Assembly (NCBI RefSeq): GCF_018350175.1
Contig: NC_058371.1
Span: forward strand, 195,362,001 to 195,426,000
Length of the DNA stretch: 64,000 nt
Direction of reading: 5' to 3'
DNA from: Felis catus
Lineage: Eukaryota
In this document: piece after piece, positions 60,771 to 64,000 of the stretch
How positions within the stretch are numbered: position 1 is the first letter of the stretch
Layout of the letters: every line of letters begins with the position of its first letter
The notes under the pieces: generated by a model
Database searches by the model: none
What the model was told of the DNA's origin: nothing
Seen by the model: only the letters and a program-made list of their open reading frames with translations
Program-made: the position numbers and the translations under genes

Positions 60771-60835
60771 GCACTGAAGAATCTCCGTCGAGTGTTTTGG
60801 GAGGATGGGCACTGAAAGGCAGCTTGAAAACTGAG
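60771..60835 (+). CDS. BOD1L1: BOD1L1 exon 11 (65 nt)
   Basis: tttag|GC ACT...ACT GAG|gtatgg; (G)TEESPSSVLGGWALKGSLKTE, similar to recalled human GNEESPLNVLGGLKLKANLKME. Confidence 0.88.
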
Positions 60836-61703
60836 GTATGGCTGACAATTCAGTTCCACTGGGCTGCACGTGGTGTAAGTACTATCTCACCACGTGTAGA
60901 CGTGTGCATCCTTCAGCATCACACGGCTCCTGTTCCCACTGTACTTTGGACGTTTACACGTTGTCATGGTCGTGTCCTGTGCAAGGAAAGCTAATAATCT
61001 CAACAAGTAGTGCCATCATCAGTTCCATGTACTCAAACCAGGAGTCACCCGCAATCTCTCGGTGTCACCCTGCATTTAAGCCATTGCCAGTTCCTACGCG
61101 TTCCATGTCCAAAATGTGACTTGAATCTCTGCAGCCGGATCTCACGGCCCCCTCTGAGTGTGTGAGACAAGGTAGCAGTAAGCACGGGAACGATGCACAG
61201 TGCAGAGGACGGTCAACTTACCAGCAGGAGCAATGGTGCGCAGACAGGAGGGCTTGCAAAGAAGACATTTGAGTGGTGGTTCACAAGCAGAGTAGGGGGT
61301 TACCAGAGGGGAACGAAACGGAAAAGAGCCTTGCAGGCAAAGAAGTATGTTCTGGACGTGGAGCAGGAGGGCAGTTGTGAGCCCCAGACCCCGCAGCGGG
61401 GCGGGAATGGAGGCCTGACGAGGGAGGGGACGTGATGGGGGCGGGGGGTCGTCTTGTGTGTCATATTACGGTGGCGTTTCACTTTTAAGGGGACAGGGCA
61501 ACCACTGATGGATGAAATATGAGGTTAGATTGACTTTCGTTTTCAAAGTTTGGCATGTGTTCGCTTTCAATTCTGCACAGACTTGAACGTGGTCTTTTAT
61601 ATTGTTACAAGATGCAAGATGCCTTCATTATCTTGAGGTTAGTCTTGCCTTGTCGTCAGAACCTCAGTTAACTTAGTGTTTTATGGTGCTTTGGACTTTT
61701 TAG

Positions 61704-61788
61704 ACATTTGTACCATCAGAGGAAGAGAAAACCCAGGAAGTTCTAGCAGCACCAGAAAGTCTGTATGGGAGACAGCCAAGTGGAGCAG
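61704..61788 (+). CDS. BOD1L1: BOD1L1 exon 12 (85 nt); gene continues beyond the window
   Basis: tttag|ACA TTT...GCA G|gtaagc; TFVPSEEEKTQEVLAAPESLYGRQPSGA, similar to recalled human AYVPSEEEKNGEILAPPESLCGGKPSGI. Confidence 0.88.
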
Positions 61789-62329
61789 GTAAGCCCTTTT
61801 AAGTGGTTGTCCATGTTACTGTTTTCCTGGTCTACAGTTTTTACTTTCTGTTGCAGCTTAAAATCAATAGCTGATTCATAATTATAAAACACAGGCTATA
61901 TGAGTTTTCCTCTCACTTTTTAAAATAGGTTGGAGAGAGTTCTTTCCTATTTCATTTTTAGCATATGCTCTTTCTTAGCATATACAGTTTCTCATCAAAC
62001 TGACTCTTTGTCAGTTTCATGTAAGGTACTTGTTTAAATCTCTTCTTACCAAGTAAGTGTGCAAGGAGGCAAACTGCTCTGGAGCAAACTCTTGCTCTTT
62101 CCCCAGCACGTGGCTCTCTGCACCTTCCTGCCACGGAAGATGCTGTCACAGGTCCTTTCCAAAAGCTAGAAAGCCCGTGCATCCCTTCAAAGCTCTGCTT
62201 GTTGTCCCTTGGACTCTGGCTGGGCCCCAGCGAGCACAGAGCTGCTCCCGGCACGCACAGGCTCCTCCCGGTCTCTGTGCGCTGTCTCCAGGGTCCACTG
62301 CAGGCTTCGTAGGAAAGAGCCCCAGGATT

Positions 62330-63135
62330 TACAGCAGCTCCCAAACTCTAGTCTCGGGACCCCTTTCCATTCTTAAAAATTATTGAGGATCCCAGACAGC
62401 TTTTGTTACGTGGATGATACCCATTGGCATTTATCAAATAAGAAACTAAAACTGAGTTAATATCACCAGCTCACTATAGGTTAAGCACAAGTAACATTTT
62501 TTTCATGAAAAATAGCACATTTTCCAAAACGGCAAAATGTGCCAAGAAAAGTGACCTTGTTTGGCATTTTTGCAAATCTCTGTAAGTCTGGCTTTAATAG
62601 AAAGCAGTTGGTTACTCGGGGCTGTTTCTTTATTCAGTGTATTGCTGATGCTGTCTTGATTGAAGTATATGAAGAAAACCCAGCATCACACTTAAATGGT
62701 TGGCTTTTAATAGTTGCACTTTATTTTTTTTTTTTTCAACGTTTATTTATTTTTGGGACAGAGAGAGAGCATGAACGGGGGAGGGGCAGAGAGAGAGGGA
62801 GACACAGAATCGGAAACAGGCTCCAGGCTCTGAGCCATCAGCCCAGAGCCCGACGCGGGGCTCGAACTCACGGACTGCGATATCGTGACCTGGCTGAAGT
62901 CGGACGCTTAACCGACTGCACCACCCAGGCGCCCCTAAATGGTTGGCTTTTAATAGCATTTTCAGATAATTCTGGGAACATTACATGGCCTCTAGAAAAC
63001 TCCATTGTGGACTCATGAATTTAAAAAGTTAATAACATCTTAGTGTGTTGACAATAGTTTGGACTTTGTGGACCCCTTGATGGAAGATCTCAGGAGTCCT
63101 AGGAGTCCTGGGACCACACTTCGAGAATCACTGGG
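62330..63135 (-). mobile_element. Charlie1a-like DNA transposon fossil interrupted by a young SINE
   Basis: CCCAAACTCTAGTCTCGGGACCCCTTTCCATTCTTAAAAATTATTGAGGATCCC at one end and GGACCACACTTCGAGAATCACTG at the other. Confidence 0.6.
62724..62935 (-). mobile_element. Young antisense CAN-SINE, intron 12
   Basis: 21-nt repeat TAAATGGTTGGCTTTTAATAG at 62693-62713 and 62936-62956. Confidence 0.92.
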
Positions 63136-63404
63136 TTAGGGAAATAGATATGAGAATGGTGACAATGGACAATTATTTCTGGTTTGTTTCTAATCAGTAC
63201 TGTAACATCTCTTCTGGTTTGCACATCAACCAGGGAAAAAGATACTAGGAACTTGAGAGTATGTGACCAAATTTAAGTCTGTTCTTTTTTGTTTGTTTTT
63301 AAATGTTGGAATGTCCATATAAGCCACGTAGAACGAACGGTCAAGGCGATTTTGGTTGCAAGTAACAGAAACCCTGCCAATGTTTATGGGGAATGTGTGC
63401 GCTC

Positions 63405-63750
63405 AGCATCTTAGGCAGTTCAGCTGCTAGACCAGAATTCCATAGACTGAGTGTTGAAGCGACATATTTATTTTTCATGGTTCTGGAGGCTGGAGGTCCA
63501 AGTTCAGGGTGCCAGTGTGGTCAGGTTCTTGGTAAGGGCTCTCTTTCTGGTTATGTTCTCACATGTATGCATGCAGAGAAGGAGATTTCCTACCTCCTCT
63601 GCTCTCCACAAGGACCCCACTCCCATCACAGTGTTCCACCTTCATGATATTGAAACCTCCCAAAAGCCTCACCTCCAAATACTATCATATTGGGGACTAG
63701 GGTTTCAATATATGAATTTGGGGGGGACTCAAACATCCAGTCCATAGTAT
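63405..63750. mobile_element. MLT1A/B-like MaLR LTR
   Basis: ...CATGGTTCTGGAGGCTGGAGGTCCAAG...TATGAATTTGGGGGGGACTCAAACATCCAGTCCATAG, characteristic MaLR LTR motifs. Confidence 0.7.
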
Positions 63751-64000
63751 TCACACAACTGCAAAGTTCAGGCAGAGCAAGATCTCGGAGCATGATGAGG
63801 TCCCCAAAGACCCAATTTCTTCCCTTTCCCTCAGCCCCCAACAGAGATAATTGCTTTCTCATTTGTGAGCCTTTAGAGAAATATCGTTGTCCTGTCATTC
63901 CTGGCCAAAATCCTGAGACTTACTCTGATTTCAGCTTACATACCTTTGTCCACTCTAAACTAACTGCTATGACCAGATGAATATGATTTGCTGGTTGACT

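Noticed and set aside
1820-62959. Many 60-130 aa ORFs with phrases such as AQSLEPASDSVSPSL or RLQALSHQPRARRGAR
   Set aside because: Translations of CAN-SINE sequence, not genes.
1-64000. CRISPR arrays, rRNA genes, operon-like systems
   Set aside because: Eukaryotic sequence; the recurring ~200-nt repeats are dispersed SINEs, not regularly spaced arrays.
61789-64000. BOD1L1 exon 13
   Set aside because: No AG-flanked segment encoding the expected AELQREPLLVNESL-like sequence was found; it presumably lies beyond the window.

Overview
Mammalian genomic DNA from a cat-family (Felidae) genome, judged from the abundant feline-type CAN-SINEs and a feline L1 3' end. It has three assembly gaps (13413-13543, 19869-20051, 30999-31130). 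The right half holds the 5' part of BOD1L1 on the + strand: a CpG-island promoter, ATG at 30887, and coding exons 1-12. Exons 2-12 have GT-AG boundaries and consistent reading phase (the exon 1 donor is hidden in a gap) and include a 5986-nt giant exon 10. The gene continues past the window end. The left 30 kb is intergenic and repeat-rich (SINEs, L1, L2/MIR, LTRs, hAT DNA-transposon fossils). It contains an RPLP1 retrocopy nested in an LTR, a CpG-retaining promoter-like patch near 5-7 kb, and several co-oriented CTCF-like motifs. I found no wholly new multi-gene system. The most notable observations are: a cryptic ~36-aa tandem repeat (about 11 units) in BOD1L1 exon 10; a steep AT-to-GC/CpG gradient along that exon; an RPLP1 retrocopy whose ORF is still open; and several unusual SINE insertion structures. 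Repeat-family names and human-orthologue comparisons come from memory, not from database searches.
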